Source: Schmidtea polychroa (Eukaryota). Taken from it: DNA of 64,000 nucleotides. The stretch covers positions 3,660,001-3,724,000 of the forward strand of contig CM097885.1 in the NCBI GenBank assembly GCA_044892525.1. The letters are read 5' to 3'. Within the stretch, counting starts at the first letter, position 1. Every line of letters begins with the position of its first letter. Made by a program: the position numbers and the translations under genes. Positions 28,518 to 42,699 of this stretch are shown one piece after another. Under the pieces are notes generated by a model. The model did not search any database. It was not told the DNA's origin and saw only the letters and a list, made by a program, of their open reading frames with translations.

Positions 28518-30859
28518 CGCAATCTGGATAATCAATAATAAGACATAAAATATGCAATATCTAAACATATTAACTAATAATAATCATCTCCAAACTGTAT
28601 CAAAAATTTTAAAAAAAAATATTTCAAACAAAAAAAAATATTTTAAAAAACCAAACCATATTTAACATAGCCCCACATACATATTATTTTAAAATTAAAT
28701 TTTAATTTAATAACATTTAACATTCAACATAAAATTAACAAATTTAAAAAAATTACATAGTTTACAAAACACAAACATAATTATACCACAAACAAGACTC
28801 CCAACCTTCATCCTTCAATTACTTAAACACATTCAAAATCTCCGTGGAACGGGCAACTTGATCATTTATTTTTGGATTTAAATATCTAATCAACAATGCC
28901 TCACAAGTTACTCGTTCCCAATAATTACTTAAACCTTTTGAAATAATTTTAAAATCAGAGATACCTATTTTTTACTGACACATTTCCTAACATGATTACT
29001 AATATTAGTCAATGCTTTTGGTCGACAGTGTTCAAGAACTCGGGTGCAGAGATGGCGGGCAGTCTCTCCAATGTATGTGGCATTACACTCATTACATGAA
29101 AATTGATACACGAGCTCAGAACACAAACCAATTGGCGTTGGACATTTACTAGTAAACATACTGCTAACTTTGCAAGAAGTGGAAACAATCATGAATTGAT
29201 CCTTGTCTACATATTTGAAAATTTTATGTTTAAATTCTCTGAAATCCTCAGAATAAGGCAATACTAACACATATTTCGGCTCCATGCGATTGGATCGATC
29301 CTTGTCACTTTCCGAATTTAACATAGTACTTTCCTCAGGATCAATAGGTACCTCAGATTCAGACGTACGCATACCAACGTTATCAGCTTTAAACATTAAC
29401 TTATCCACGGTCACTTTTGTCATTTTCTCAAGAAAAGATTTAGAGTAGCCATTTTTAAGTAACAACTCAACCAATACATCAATACTTTTTACTGAATTAG
29501 CAAACGTGGAGGATAGTGGCCACGCACGAAACACTAATCCTCTCACCATATTCCTTTTATATTTAAACTCACAAAAACTATCAGGCGTTGTATATAAACC
29601 AGTATCCGTCGACTTTCTATATATTTCAGTCTCATAATGTTTCGATTTACGTTGAATAAGTAAATCTAAAAACGCAATCGATGACCATTTTTCTTCTTCA
29701 CATGTGAATTTAATATTCATATGCAAATCATTCATAAAATTTAAAAACGGCATTACATGCTCACGACTCTCAAACACCAAAAAAATATCATCCACATACC
29801 GTTTGTACACACTAAGTTTAACAAGATGGCATGAAGACATTTTCTTTTCCAAACTAGACATAAAAATAGAAGCCATAGTTGGGGCTAATGGAGAACCCAT
29901 AGCAACACCATCCACTTGTTTATACCATTCATTATTAAACAAAAAGTTAACCTTCGACGTTGAAAATTCAAGCAATTTGCGAAAAGCAATTTTATCCATA
30001 TTCTTATGTTCAGACTCATTATTATTTCACATTTCACAACATAAATCAATCGTTTCCGCCAATGGAACATTAGTAAAAAGACTACACACATCAAACGAAA
30101 CCATCATTTCATCATCAGAACTTTTCTTCAGTGCAGCAATGAATGAAGCAAATTCAAAGCTATCCTTACATTCGAACTCAGACTGGATTGTTTCCACTTC
30201 TTGCAAAGTTAGCAGTATGTTTACTAGTAAATGTCCAACGCCAATTGGTTTGTGTTCTGAGCTCGTGTATCAATTTTCATGTAATGAGTGTAATGCAACA
30301 TACATTGGAGAGACTGCCCGTCATCTCTGCACCCGAGTTCTTGAACACTGTCGACCAAAAGCATTGACTAATATTAGTAATCATGTTAGGAAATGTGTCA
30401 GTAAAAAAATAGGTATCTCTGATTTTAAAATTATTTCAAAAGGTTTAAGTAATTATTGGGAACGAGTAACTTGTGAGGCATTGTTGATTAGATATTTAAA
30501 TCCAAAAATAAATGATCAAGTTGCCCGTTCCACGGAGATTTTGAATGTGTTTAAGTAATTGAAGGATGAAAGTTGGGAGTCTTGTTTGTGGTATAATTAT
30601 GTTTGTGTTTTGTAAACTATGTAATTTTTTTAAATTTGTTAATTTTATGTTGAATGTTAAATGTTATTAAATTAAAATTTAATTTTAAAATAATATGTAT
30701 GTGGGGCTATGTTAAATATGGTTTGGTTTTTTAAAATATTTTTTTTTGTTTGAAATATTTTTTTTTAAAATTTTTGATACAGTTTGGAGATGATTATTAT
30801 TAGTTAATTTGTTTAGATATTGCATATTTTATGTCTTATTATTGATTATCCAGATTGCG

Positions 30860-30896
30860 GCCTGACGAAGATTGTTGTACAATTGAAATATATCGC
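30860..30896 (+). ncRNA. Minimal hammerhead ribozyme in inverted pLTR
   Basis: gc-CTGACGA-a-gattg-ttgta-caatt-GAAA-TATATC-gc, with AUC triplet. Confidence 0.72.
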
Positions 30897-30968
30897 GTTT
30901 ATGTTGAATTTTTTATATATAATTAATAAATTTGTTTAAAATCCTTAATTTAATGAGTTATTATATCC

Positions 30969-31006
30969 CACCTATGATGACAGGAAAACTGTCGAAATAT
31001 ATCGTG
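30969..31006 (+). ncRNA. Hammerhead ribozyme remnant lacking core G5
   Basis: CAC-CT(-)ATGA-t-GACAG-gaaaa-CTGTC-GAAA-TATATC-GTG: stems I and II are perfect, with a one-base deletion in CUGAUGA. Confidence 0.65.
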
Positions 31007-31066
31007 AAAAGAATGTTTGATTGGCGTTATCTTATAATTAAATCATTGCCATTTATGTTTAACTAT

Positions 31067-31201
<135 letters not shown>

Positions 31202-31219
31202 ATAATAATAATAATTATT

Positions 31220-31310
31220 ATTTATTAAAAAGAGCTTGAGGACTATAAATCAGTTTATATATCGATGTTATTGTTATTCACAAATTTTCGGCACAACTTT
31301 TTTCACTTCT
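31220..31310 (-). mobile_element. Family B fold-back element, one arm only
   Basis: Matches 63031-63122 (TTTATTAAAAAGAG...GACTATAAATCAG...ATTTTCGGCAC); follows (TAA)n and is cut by Gypsy sequence. Confidence 0.65.
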
Positions 31311-34300
31311 ACTAGGTGTACCTTGGGAGGTCAGAAAAAGGCAGATTGTTAAACAAATTTGGAGAGAATGTGATATCGAATAATCAATGAGAATTTTGGT
31401 AGACAACAAGAGCGATACGAAGCATGGAATGGTTATCAAGGAACAAGAATGGAGACAAGACAAGCAGACAAGAGATACGTTGCATTCATTGACGAACCAA
31501 GTGATGAAAAAATAGAAAATAAATACAGAGAATACCCAAATATCAACGCCCCGATAGAAAAGGAGATGGATGGGGCAGTGTTTTAACAGAAATGCTGACT
31601 CCCAAATTATTAATTATTATAATAAAAGTAAAATATCATGTATTATAGAAAACGATGTGAAAGATACAGTGGTAACGGAAGAGGAAAATAATGTAATAAG
31701 GAAAGTAAACAGATTTATAAAAAAGGATTTGCAAAAAGAGAAAGAGCAAAAATACAAATACTCACATTAGATGAATGGAAAAATAATATTATTAGTTATG
31801 ATAAAATGCTAGGCCGACCAAGTGTAACTATTAGAATACAAGACCAGAAGATGGAATGCTTGCTCGATACAGGAGGAATCATGAGTTGGAGTAAATTTGA
31901 GAAACTTAAAGATGTAGAACAGGTTTGTCCAACCCGCGGCCCAAAGACAAATCGTAAACTTCCACAAATTATGAGTGATTTCGACTGCAAATACCATTAA
32001 TAAGACTATAAATGAAACTTCAACTTAATGAAGCTATTAATTTATAATAATTCATAAAATTATTCTCAAACAATCTCTAATCATTCTGTTAGTGCTGTTG
32101 CGTTTAATCTTCAATGTGCTCTTGTACCAGTTTTTCACTTGTACCATGGGGTTTTTAAGTCTAAAGCACGCGGTAACTCGCTTTGCTGATATCTGGCAAA
32201 CAGGCAGTGCTACCGTTTCAGTACAATTGTACTGAATCCAGTACACTGTTATGAGATTCAGTACGTGAGTACAACATTTTGAAATATGTGCATTTTTCAG
32301 TACATTTTTGTGCTTCTGAAATTTTTATAAATAAAATTTAAAAAATCTTTTAGTAATCTTAAAACCTGTTAATAAATTTTAGAATTTGATACAACGAAAA
32401 TATTTTTATTTAATTTATACACGTATTGATAATACACTGTCAGCTACGAAATTAGCCGTTAAATTTAACCATCATTATTATTTAACAATTTATTTACTGC
32501 TTTTAACCACTCAAGGAATGGATTAATTTTGAATTTTAGATCCAAAAGTGATTGAAATTTGTTTTTCATGAAAATTTAGTACTTAGGTATCCGTAATAAA
32601 AAGTCAAAAAAAATGCGGTTAAATTAGAAAAAAAACAGCATACAAAATGCTTTCAAATTTAACGTTTATTGGCATTACCATTTTTAAAATATTTATCAAT
32701 CTTTTTAATTTCAGCATGGCTTCCACAGCGCCACAAAAAGAAACGGAACGAAAAAGAAAGAGAAAGATTTTGGAAGAAAGAAGATTGTTCAACGAAAAGT
32801 GGACAGATGAACACTTTTTTGTTGAGGCAAATACTAAGGCAATGTGCTTAATCTGTCGGGAATTTGTACATGTTTTCAAAGACTAAAATTTGAAGAGGCA
32901 TTATATGCAAAAACATGCTAGTAAATTTAATTCATATCAAGGAATGTGTCGTAAAGACCAAATATCAGAATTGAAAAAATGTCTATCATCTCAACAAAGT
33001 ATTTTTAAAAAAATTACAACTCAAAAGGATTCTACCGTAAAAGCTAGTTATGTGGTTTCAAATTTCATAGCATAAAACTCCAAACCATTTACTGATGATA
33101 AGTTTATTAAGCTATGAATGGAAAGCGTTGCAGATATGATTTGCCCCGATAAAAAAAGAATTTTCTAAAATCAGTTTGTCTCATCAGACAATAGCTAAGC
33201 GAATTGAAGAAATCGGAAAATCTGTCGAAGCAGGTTTGGAGAGTAGAGCAGCTAATTTTAAATTTTACGCTTTGGCGATAGACGAAAGTACTGATGCTAC
33301 TGACGCAGCTCAATTGGCAAGGTATTGATGAAGAATATAATGTCACTGAACAATTTGGTATACAACTAAAATGTCTAGTAGAAGGGGTCGAGAAAACGAA
33401 GCAAGAGCTCATATGCAGTATCGAAGCCAAATTTGGAAAGACAATAACGGAGATGGAACGATTTCAAAGAGCAAAAAGTATTTAAAAGATAAATAATCCG
33501 ATAATATTGAACATTGTAAAAAAGAATCAAAATGTTTTTATGGCTGATAAATGGGACATTGGCTGCACAAACCTGTTGAAGCATAAAATAGAAACTCAGG
33601 GAAAACCGATAAATATTAAACCTTGGAGACAACCAGTCAACTTGGAAGGTAAAATAGATGTAGCGATAAAAAACTTATGGGAAAACAATATTATCACAAA
33701 GTGTAATTCGCCATGGAACACTCCATTAATATGTGTATTGAAGAAAGAAAAGCAATATATCAGATTATGCCTTTATTTCAGGCAATTAGACCTAGTAACA
33801 GAGAGACAGACGTTCACTATGCCGAATATAGCAGAGATGTTAGATAAATTGGGTCGAGCAAAGTATTTCAGTTCCATAGATCTTGGAAATGCATATTATC
33901 AAGTAGAACTAGAAGATGAATCAAAGCTAAAAACGGCGTTTCAACCAAATCAGGGCAATACTGTTTTAACAGAATGCCACTTGGAATAGCAGCGGCACCA
34001 GGTACGTTTAAGGAACTGATGGGAAAAGTATTAATGGGTACGAGATATGCAGCAGTATACCTAGGCGATATTTTGATATTTACAGAAACTATCAATCACC
34101 ACTACGAAGTTTTAAATGGAGTGCTAGACAAAATTGGAAAGGCGGGTCTTAGGATAAACCCTGAAAGGTGTCATATCTTTAAAGAGGAATACAAAATAAT
34201 GCAGAAGGTTCCATGATCGCCGATATCTACTACAAGACCAAAATGGGAAAATGCTTCAAAGAAATGTTGAAAAGATGAAGAAATTTCATAAAGAAAGGGG

Positions 34301-34330
34301 ATGTGAGGTGTTTTCAGCTGAGAGTTAAAT
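31310..34330 (+). mobile_element. Decayed Gypsy LTR retrotransposon (gag/protease/RT) with nested hAT fragment
   Basis: Protease GRPSVTIRI..CLLDTG. RT SPWNTPL, FSSIDLGNAYYQV, MPLGIAAAPGTF, VYLGDILIF (YxDD mutated). Confidence 0.85.
31920..33350 (+). mobile_element. 5' half of a hAT (SPIN-like) element
   Basis: Terminus CAGGTTTGTCCAACCCGCGGCCC. Transposase RLFNEKWTDEHFFVE..AMCLIC..NLKRHY, LAIDESTD; truncated. Confidence 0.8.
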
Positions 34331-34699
34331 ATTTCAATGATTTATTAAATTAATTTTAAATGATAAATAATGGACTATTAAAATAAGTTTTAAAATAATT
34401 TTTAAATTGAAAATAGATTTTGTTAAAGATAAATTTTAAATAAATAAGTTTTTTATAAGAAGTTTTATTAGTAAATAATTTTTCAATAAATATATTTTAA
34501 ATATTGAAATTTTAATAAACGGTTTTGAAAATATTTTATTCAACGCTGAAAATTAGTTTGGAAATTATACAATATTTCATTAAATAAATACTTGGAATTA
34601 TGACGTTAACTTTTAAACCTGATTTAAAAAATAATTTAGAAGATGTTCTAGCAGCTTCTAATAATAATAATAAATAATAATATTTATATTAATAATATT

Positions 34700-34840
34700 A
34701 TAAGAACTTCTTTTTCCAATTTCATCACTGGTTTTTTCCATTGAATTTAATCAAAAGAGCTTGAAGACTATAAATTAGTAAACATATCAAAAACATCGAT
34801 ATATTTATTGGTTTATAGTGTTCAAGCTCTTTTTAATAAA
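34700..34840. mobile_element. Family B fold-back element with central deletion
   Basis: Inverted repeat AAAAGAGCTTGAAGACTATAAA / TTTATAGTGTTCAAGCTCTTTT, plus the reverse complement of the family B tail at 34700-34740. Confidence 0.7.
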
Positions 34841-35094
34841 TAATAATAATAATAATACAATATTTTATTTTTCAATATTTTCCTTGATAAAAATTGGTTT
34901 ATGCAAATTATTCTTATTTTTTACTTCTTATGTAACATTTTGTTTAACTTTATATTATTTTTATTTGAATATTCCTTGAATAAAATTGAATATTTTCATT
35001 ATTCTTAATTGATTTTAAAATAAATGAAATATATCACTTTATAATAAAATGCATTTAATTTACTAACAATGAATCTCCAATTTCTGTATATTAA

Positions 35095-35255
35095 CCGTTT
35101 GTGGACTGAATTAATTTTAATAAGTAGTATATATTTTAGCATAATTTTTCAGTATACGAATGCCCGATATCGTGGTATGATTTTTTTAAGTTTGGCCAGC
35201 ACAGCTGGCCATTATACATTGTAGAACGTCTGGAACAAAATTCGTCCGCAAACGG
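35095..35255. mobile_element. piggyBac-type MITE, 161 bp
   Basis: TTAA-CCGTTTGTGGAC ... GTCCGCAAACGG-TTAA. Confidence 0.8.
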
Positions 35256-35494
35256 TTAATGTTTTTTAATTTTTAAAAATTAATTATTTTTATTTAAACT
35301 TAGTTAATATCATCACTTCTTTCGTTGAGAAATTTTACATGGGGAAAATCATTTATTATTGCAGAATGGGTTTCGGATTGAAATTGTGAAGATTACTGTT
35401 TGTGTAAAAAATGTTGATAAGATAACTAAAAGAAAAACTAATTTTCGAAGAGAAAATTTGGGAAAGTTCGTGTAGGAAACAACAAAAATAACAC

Positions 35495-37296
35495 TGTAGT
35501 GAGCCGTTACACGGCCTTAACAAAATCTATATAAATATTATATTATTTTTCAGTGCATCGATTGTCAACAACACAAGATCACTAGACACACTAAGCCACA
35601 GATGATTCACTATCCAACCGGAAATATGTTCGAAATTCTTCAAATCGACCTGGTCGGTCCTTTGCCTTCTGATCGCGGTTTTTTTACTTATTAAAGCATT
35701 TCTGCTGAAATTGTAGCAAATTCAATTTTGCAACATTGGATTTCTAGATACGGTGTTCCGAAATCAATAATCACAGACAGGGGAACTCAGTTTGAATCCC
35801 AGTTATTTCAACATCTAACTGAAAAGCTCGGTATGCAACACCTCCGTTCAACTGCTTACCATCCTCAGACAAACGGCGTGATCGAATAATTTCACCGTAC
35901 TTTGAAGACAAGCTTTGAAGAAAGCTTTACCTTTTGTTCTTCTTGGTTGGCGGAACACACCCTCCAGGACTACCGGAACTACACCGGCACAGTTACTTTT
36001 CGGTTCTTCAATATCATTACCTAACGAATTAGTTGATTTCGATAACGCTTCTACCTTTTGAGGAATTAGATATGGCTAGAGATCATTTTCTTTCGATCGA
36101 TAGCAACCCACAGTTTTCTTATGCTTCCTCATATACACCGTATGTCCCAAAGTCCTTCAAGGACGAAACTCACGTTTATCTTCGTAATATTACGGATTCA
36201 GGTCTCAAACCGAGATATTCGGGTCCTTACAAATTGATCGACATTAAGGATAACAATGCCCACATCGTTATCAACGGTGTTACCGAAAATATAAATTTGT
36301 GCCGACTTAAACCGGCTTTCATGATTTCTGATGACGTGGATGAAGATAAACTTCTGATTTAGAGAAAGTTTCAGTCGAACCCATTTCAACTACGTCGAAC
36401 GAAAACCTTTCAGTAGAATCTACCATGGACTCAAACGAAATCGCGCAAACCTTGATCACAAACTACCAACGCGATGAAAATTTAGCTACAGAGAATAGAC
36501 ATTCAGCAACAACAAATCCACCAAATCTTCGCTCAATTGTTTCGAAACCCGATAAGCAGCGACCCGCAAAAAATGTGAAACATAATGATAAGATTTGGGT
36601 GCGCCAAATTGGTGAAGACACTTCCAAACCTCCAAGACTTGCCAGTCTATTCAATGAAAACTTGACACATCTGATGCTGAAATTCACTTAGCTTTATTCC
36701 ATTTAATCATTAAATTCATTAATCGCCGAATTTCTTTCTAGACACTATCCACCTTTGATAAACTGTCACTACACTTTGATTTACAGCTTGTTCCTATTAG
36801 ACCTTTCATCAACCTCTATTCTTGGGTCCCTGTGCGCTCCGTGACTTCCCGTGGGGCTGATGTAGTTAGCCGTTACGCGGCCTTAACAATAACTATATAA
36901 ATATTATATTATATTATATTATATTATATGTAAATGGGCGATCATTAGCGAATAAGGATCAATCAGAACACAATTATGGCCAATCAAATATCACCTATAA
37001 TTGCACATTAGCTGGAACATCGCAGTCTACTCTATCTCATTCTAAGAGTCAATCAAAATTCAGGCAATCAGCTAATACTTCTGCTTATCAATCAGGCTCT
37101 ATTAATCAATCTTAGACGAGTACAGCAAATTCGATGCATGTTATTATTATCAAGATTAATTGTATTCGGCCCCTAATAGTTTTAGTGTTGGCTCTCATTC
37201 ATCCATTAGCTCTCTTCATCCATTATAATTCGCGAAATATGTAACAAATCCTAACAATAATATGAACCCGAATAGATTTGTTATCCAACCACTACA
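35495..37296 (+). mobile_element. Internally deleted Gypsy element: 5' LTR stub, integrase, 3' LTR (36861-37296)
   Basis: TGTAGTGAGCCGTTACACGGCCTTAACAA at 35495 is repeated at 36861; LTR ends ACTACA. Integrase QIDLVGPLP, RYGVPKSIITDRGTQF, TAYHPQTNG, PRYSGPY. Confidence 0.85.
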
Positions 37297-37637
37297 CAAA
37301 TCAATTATGGATCCAAGAAATAACGAACAAATAATTTGATTGGGATATCTGAATAAATTGGAAGCTTGATAATTAATTGTTACTTTTTATGATCAGTAGT
37401 GAACTATTAAATACATTTTTTTGTTGATCAAGGAATATCGTATTTTTTTGAGTTATAATGCTTTATAAACAAATCATTTTTATTTTTATTTATTGATGGT
37501 AAGAAAAAGTTTGTTTTACTTTTACCAGTAAATTAGAGAATTTTGAAATCATTCTTAAGAAGCTTTGTAATTTAAAAATATTTGGAAATTAAATGTTTTC
37601 TCGTTTATTTTGTAGTTATATTAATATTTGTGACTTC

Positions 37638-38063
37638 ATGACTTCATCATCTAATTCTTTAAAAGCAAGGAAACCAGATTTGCTTAATAAATTCAGAAAA
37701 TTTGAGTGTGATATTAACTATACATTTATTATTCCCAATGAAGATATTGTAATTGTTCTTGCGGAGAATAGAAGTGTTAAAATCTATATTAAAAGAGAGG
37801 CTGGTGGCTATTGCAATGTCAATAAACATATTTTCATAGGGTGCGATAACGGAACTATCATGGAGTTTAAATTAAAAGATGATTTCAATGCTATAGTTAC
37901 TATAGTAAATAATAATAACTATAGTATAGTACATAGACGTGACTACTTGCCTCATGTAGCCAGGGTTACGGAGCTGATTACATCACAAAAATCTAATTGG
38001 TTGCTTTCAGCGTTCTTAACAATGATTGAATTTAACTCCACCACAAACACATTATTCAGTTAA
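37638..38063 (+). pseudogene. WDFY2: WDFY1/WDFY2-like N-terminal WD40 fragment
   Basis: ARKPDLLNKF..INYTFIIPNEDIVIVLAENRSVKIYIKRE.G.Y..IGCDNGTIMEFKLKDDFN..HVARVT..WLLS resembles, from memory, the WDFY1/2 N-terminus. Internal gaps; no FYVE part seen. Confidence 0.65.
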
Positions 38064-39289
38064 GATCAATAAATGTTTTAGGAATCAAATTAAATCAAAA
38101 ATTTAATTTAATAGATTATATATTATTAAATTTTGTATTTAATGTGATTATTATATGTAAATAAAAATTGTAAATAATGTATTTATAAGTAAATATAATT
38201 ATAATATTAATCTGTAATATAGAATAATAGAATGTCTTTAGAATGAAGTGTTAAATGTTTTCATGCTTAATGTGATTTTAATGTTTTCTTTGTTTAAACA
38301 TAGTTGATAAACTATATAATTTTCAAAATCTTATATGGATACAAAGATACTACAGCTACACTGTCTAACAAATGCTTTCAGTAAAATCTCAAATATTAAT
38401 GAATCTATTATTTATTTAGTATTAAAACTTCTTTGATAATAACGAATATAATATTTATATTAATAATCAGATTATTTCTGTATCGCAGTCTGGAATAGGA
38501 ACTCGGATTCATCAGCTTTTCATATTCAAAAAATCAAAAATAGCATTATCAAATAATGATGATAAGCACGCCTGGGTAGGAAAATATACAAGTTTTGCAT
38601 TTGGTCACTATTTAGGAGTTGATCTCATTGATGAAGATCAAATATTGGACGAAGTTGGTTCAGAATCCGATGGCGCAAGCCCAAGTTTCGATGATAGTTC
38701 CTGGAATGAAGAAACCCCGGTAATGTATAGTTTAAGTCCGGAGATTTTATATTTAATAAAGATTGTAAAAAACTCAAAAATGACTTTTAATGTGTTGATT
38801 TTTATTTATAAATTATTGAAACTTTTTATTGTGTCAAAGTTTAAAAACATTTTTATTCATTGACTTTAATGATATTTTAAGGAATTTGTAAGAACATTTT
38901 CTAAGTTTAAATGCTTTTGTAGTATTTAAAAATATAATTTTGCGAAAAATATTAACATGTAATAATAATTGAAAGTGTAGAATTCACGTTTAAGTTAAAA
39001 CGGAACATTGCTAATAAACATTTAAATTGTATTTATCAGATTGCATAAATTTTTATATAAATATTTAAATTAATAAATTAAAGTAAGTTTAAAATATAAA
39101 AATAAATTAAGCGAGCATTGAAATCAGCATCAAAATTAAAATAAAAAGCCTCGAAGATATTTTTGTTTGAACATTACGAAAAGCGCAGTTTTTTGAATAA
39201 AATAAATTTTAGTGAAGTAATTTTATTTGGTAATTTTATTAATTGATTTTATGGAATTTGAAAACGAATTTGATGTTGTTGCGGCTAAC

Positions 39290-39825
39290 ATGGCGACCAC
39301 ACCAACAAACTTATTGATTAGCAGGTTGCTACCAGAAAGATTTCACAGAGACGACGACCTGGAAGAATTCATCAAAGAATGCCAAAGTTTTTTTTAATAT
39401 TAAGAAAACATCTGTCAAAATGCAGATGATTCTGGTTGCCACAATGTCCAAAATCATTATTCGAAGATTTAAAGGAAGCTCTAAATTCGATTCAGCAGAC
39501 CGCTTTATCGAAAAAGCAGAGAAATTAACCAAAAGATTACTACCACATGATTGGAACGAAGAAGAAATTAAAAAGTGCCTGCTCATGAATGGGGCTCGAG
39601 AGAAAAAAGGTAAAAAGGAAATAGAAATGCAAGAACTAAAGACGTCAGAAGAAATTAAAAGCACAATTAAAACAGTTGAGAAAAAGAATATACAGTGATA
39701 AGTGAATACGGACGCAAGTTTCGATACAATCGGCGCAGTCTTATCACAGAAGGATGACATGGAATATACGCAAGTTATTGCATATGGATCACATGCGATG
39801 AATGATCACGAAAGAGGCTATTGGT
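39290..39825 (+). mobile_element. Gypsy remnant (gag start + RNase H)
   Basis: Primer-binding-site-like TGGCGACC; LPERFHRDDDLEEFIKEC; VNTDASFDTIGAVLSQ..VIAYGS. Confidence 0.7.
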
Positions 39826-40049
39826 TTTTAATTCAAATTTTTTGATGTGACCTTGTAAATTTTCAATGATCTTGAATGACTCATATTGCCTTGGAGGAGT
39901 CATCAAGGTCATTGGGTGACTCATAAAAATAGCTGGTCACCACTAGTACACTAATAATATTTTTTTAAATGATAATATGACTTGGAATGATATATTTTTG
40001 CTTTTCCATTAACATTGTATATCAAATCAGTGCCACTCTTACATGAAGC

Positions 40050-40340
40050 AAAACGCTAAATACTACAAGACGCATTCAAAACTACATAACAAAGTTTAGC
40101 TGCGGAAACTCATTATCAAAAAACACAATGATTACCTAAACCATACCTAAAATTAAAATTAACCAATACAATCAATAAAAAATATAAAATACATTAATTT
40201 TTTCTATATTCTTTTCTAAAATCAATAGATGATGATCAAAATCACTTTAAAAGGCAGTTCCTACAATTTTTGAATATCAAAAAAACATCGATATATAAAT
40301 GATTCATAGTAAATCTTTTTAATAAATAAAATTTCAATTA
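40050..40340 (+). mobile_element. PLE 3' remnant of family B
   Basis: GIY-YIG-like end AET(L)IIKKHNDYLN across a frameshift, AT-rich UTR, then CAAAATCACTTTAAAAGGCAGTTCC...AACATCGATAT matching the family B arm. Confidence 0.5.
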
Positions 40341-40570
40341 TTATTATTATGATTAATATTAATATTATTATTATGACTGTTTCCGCCGATTTGGTGTGGT
40401 TTTGTATAGCGTCTGTGTGCGCGGTATGGTTAGACCGATTCTTTTTAGTGTGCGCACACAGACGCGAGTAATAGGTATTTTTCATATTATTTTATTAATT
40501 AGCTTTTGTAATTTTGAGTTATAGAGTTGCAGAATTTGTTTTAACTGGGAGTTTTTGGTGAATTTTTAAA

Positions 40571-41089
40571 ATGAAGAACCTTAAAGAATCGTCGGAAAAT
40601 GTTCTTAAATCATCTGGTGAATATTATGACACTTCTATTAGACCAAGTGTTGACAGAATAATTGCTGCAAAAGATAGTGCTATATATGCTACTGGAACTC
40701 CGTTTAGAATTACAAGTCAAACCATAGAATTTTCGTCAAATGCCACTAATAGTTTTGTTCATCGTTTTATGTCAAAGAATAATAAAGCAGAATATGGAAC
40801 TGCCGAAAAGAAGGAATATGATATTCTATTTAATCGAGCTCTTAAAAAAATAAACACAATTCAAATGTTTACTAGCAAGAGTGTTGAACATCTATCCAAT
40901 GTTTTGAATTCAATATACGATCAATCAGTGACAAAAAACAAAGAATGGTTGAAACAATATTATGATGACTTCAAAGATGAAATGATAACAGTTGTGTTGG
41001 ATTATATTTCCAAAGTTAATAAAGAAATTCTACTTCTGGGTTTTAATGTTTTCAGTAAACAATCACTATTTTTATTCTTATTATTATGA
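40571..41089 (+). CDS. Probable host protein exon of unknown function (amphipathic-helical; perilipin-like is only a guess)
   Basis: 172-aa ATG-initiated ORF of normal composition in AT-rich DNA; its 3' end runs into (TTA)n. Confidence 0.4.
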   Translation: MKNLKESSENVLKSSGEYYDTSIRPSVDRIIAAKDSAIYATGTPFRITSQTIEFSSNATNSFVHRFMSKNNKAEYGTAEKKEYDILFNRALKKINTIQMFTSKSVEHLSNVLNSIYDQSVTKNKEWLKQYYDDFKDEMITVVLDYISKVNKEILLLGFNVFSKQSLFLFLLL

Positions 41090-41115
41090 TTATTATAATT
41101 ATTATTATTATTATA

Positions 41116-41226
<111 letters not shown>

Positions 41227-41754
41227 ATTATAACACGATATCCAATATTCAATATATATAATATAATCACATTGGAAATTTCTTAGAAAATTCATAAAAC
41301 AGATTTATTTCTAATGCAAAAAGAAAAGTAAGATCAATGAAACAGAGTAAAAATGTCATTTCCGGTCCAACTAAATGCCAGCTTACCCCTACATTGAACA
41401 GGTCCATCACCAAATTCCTTAGATAATTCAATAGAAAATTAAGTCAGACCCTCCCAAAAGACGACTTGCTAGTCTGGCTTGCAATAATTATCAAAAAAAT
41501 TTTAATTATGTAGTCAAATGCCAAATTTGCCTTATTTTCCTTATGAAGTAACTGTTAATTTATTCATTTATTTGTTTATTTCTATTACAGCTTGTTTACT
41601 TGCCTCATTTGTCTGTCACGCCCATATCATTTTGCACTTCAATAGTTGTTTTTCGTTTGAATTATATTTAATCTTGTTGTTATTCATAGGTTCTTTGACA
41701 TGACTCTTTCTTCGACAATCACATTTTACTACATGAAGCAGTATATTAATAATT

Positions 41755-41901
<147 letters not shown>

Positions 41902-42699
41902 TTAATAATATAATCTTGTAAATTTTTTTTCGGATGTCTTACACTTTAAAATAAACAGCACAAGTTTTGTGATACCAAGTGCAAATCCTGTGACTTGTTA
42001 AATAATTCAAAGTCTGGTATATTCTGAAATCTATTTTATTACATAACAGTTCATGTATTTATCTTTTTAGAATCGAAGACTATTATGAAATAATGAACAT
42101 GAAATATGAGACAGGTTTCAAACGTACAATAACATCCACACATGCATCAAATCATTCACGATAATTATTAATTAGGTAATTAAATTATTAGATTACTTAT
42201 ATCACCCGCTTTAAAAGGCTTCCATCATTCAATATTCGAATGATCGTAGAACCTGAATTATTTAACATTTCTTAACACTTTTTATGTATTTTCTTTCTTA
42301 TTTCCATGGGATTTTTATATCGATTATCATGTTAATTTCGTAAATCTCTTTTAACTAATACTTTATTTCCAATGTTGAAATTTCAATGAATTTTTTTATA
42401 ATTGTCGTAACGGTTGGTGTTATAACGCTCTTTAATTTCTTGTTTTACTCACTGCTGGTTCCTATTGATATTTTTGATATAGTCAGGCATGTTTTTTTGC
42501 TATTATGTCACGTCGTATTAGTATTAGTCTTTATTAGTTTGCCAAATATAGGTTCTACATGAAGAATGTTTAATAATCTTCTGAATTGTGGCATTTAATG
42601 TATTCTATATATATTCTATATATATTCTATATTCTATTTAAGGTAGTGCATCTACCCAGTTTTTGTATAACCTATCATTAATACAACACTGTATTCAAT

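Larger units (their letters stand above)
28419..30908 (-). mobile_element. 5'-truncated Penelope-like element with an inverted copy of its 3' end (inverted pLTR)
   Basis: Minus ORF 28965-29999 (QVDGVAMGSPLAP, YKRYVDDIF, ATYIGETARHL). 30186-30910 is a near-identical reverse complement of ~28467-29190. Candidate 19-bp TSD TTTTTTATATATAA(A/T)TAAT at 28400-28418 and 30909-30927. Confidence 0.92.

Noticed and set aside
29704..30558. 284-aa plus-strand ORF with GIY-YIG C-terminus
   Set aside because: Chimeric: the antisense of the RT is fused at the inversion junction (~30185) to the inverted copy; not a real gene.
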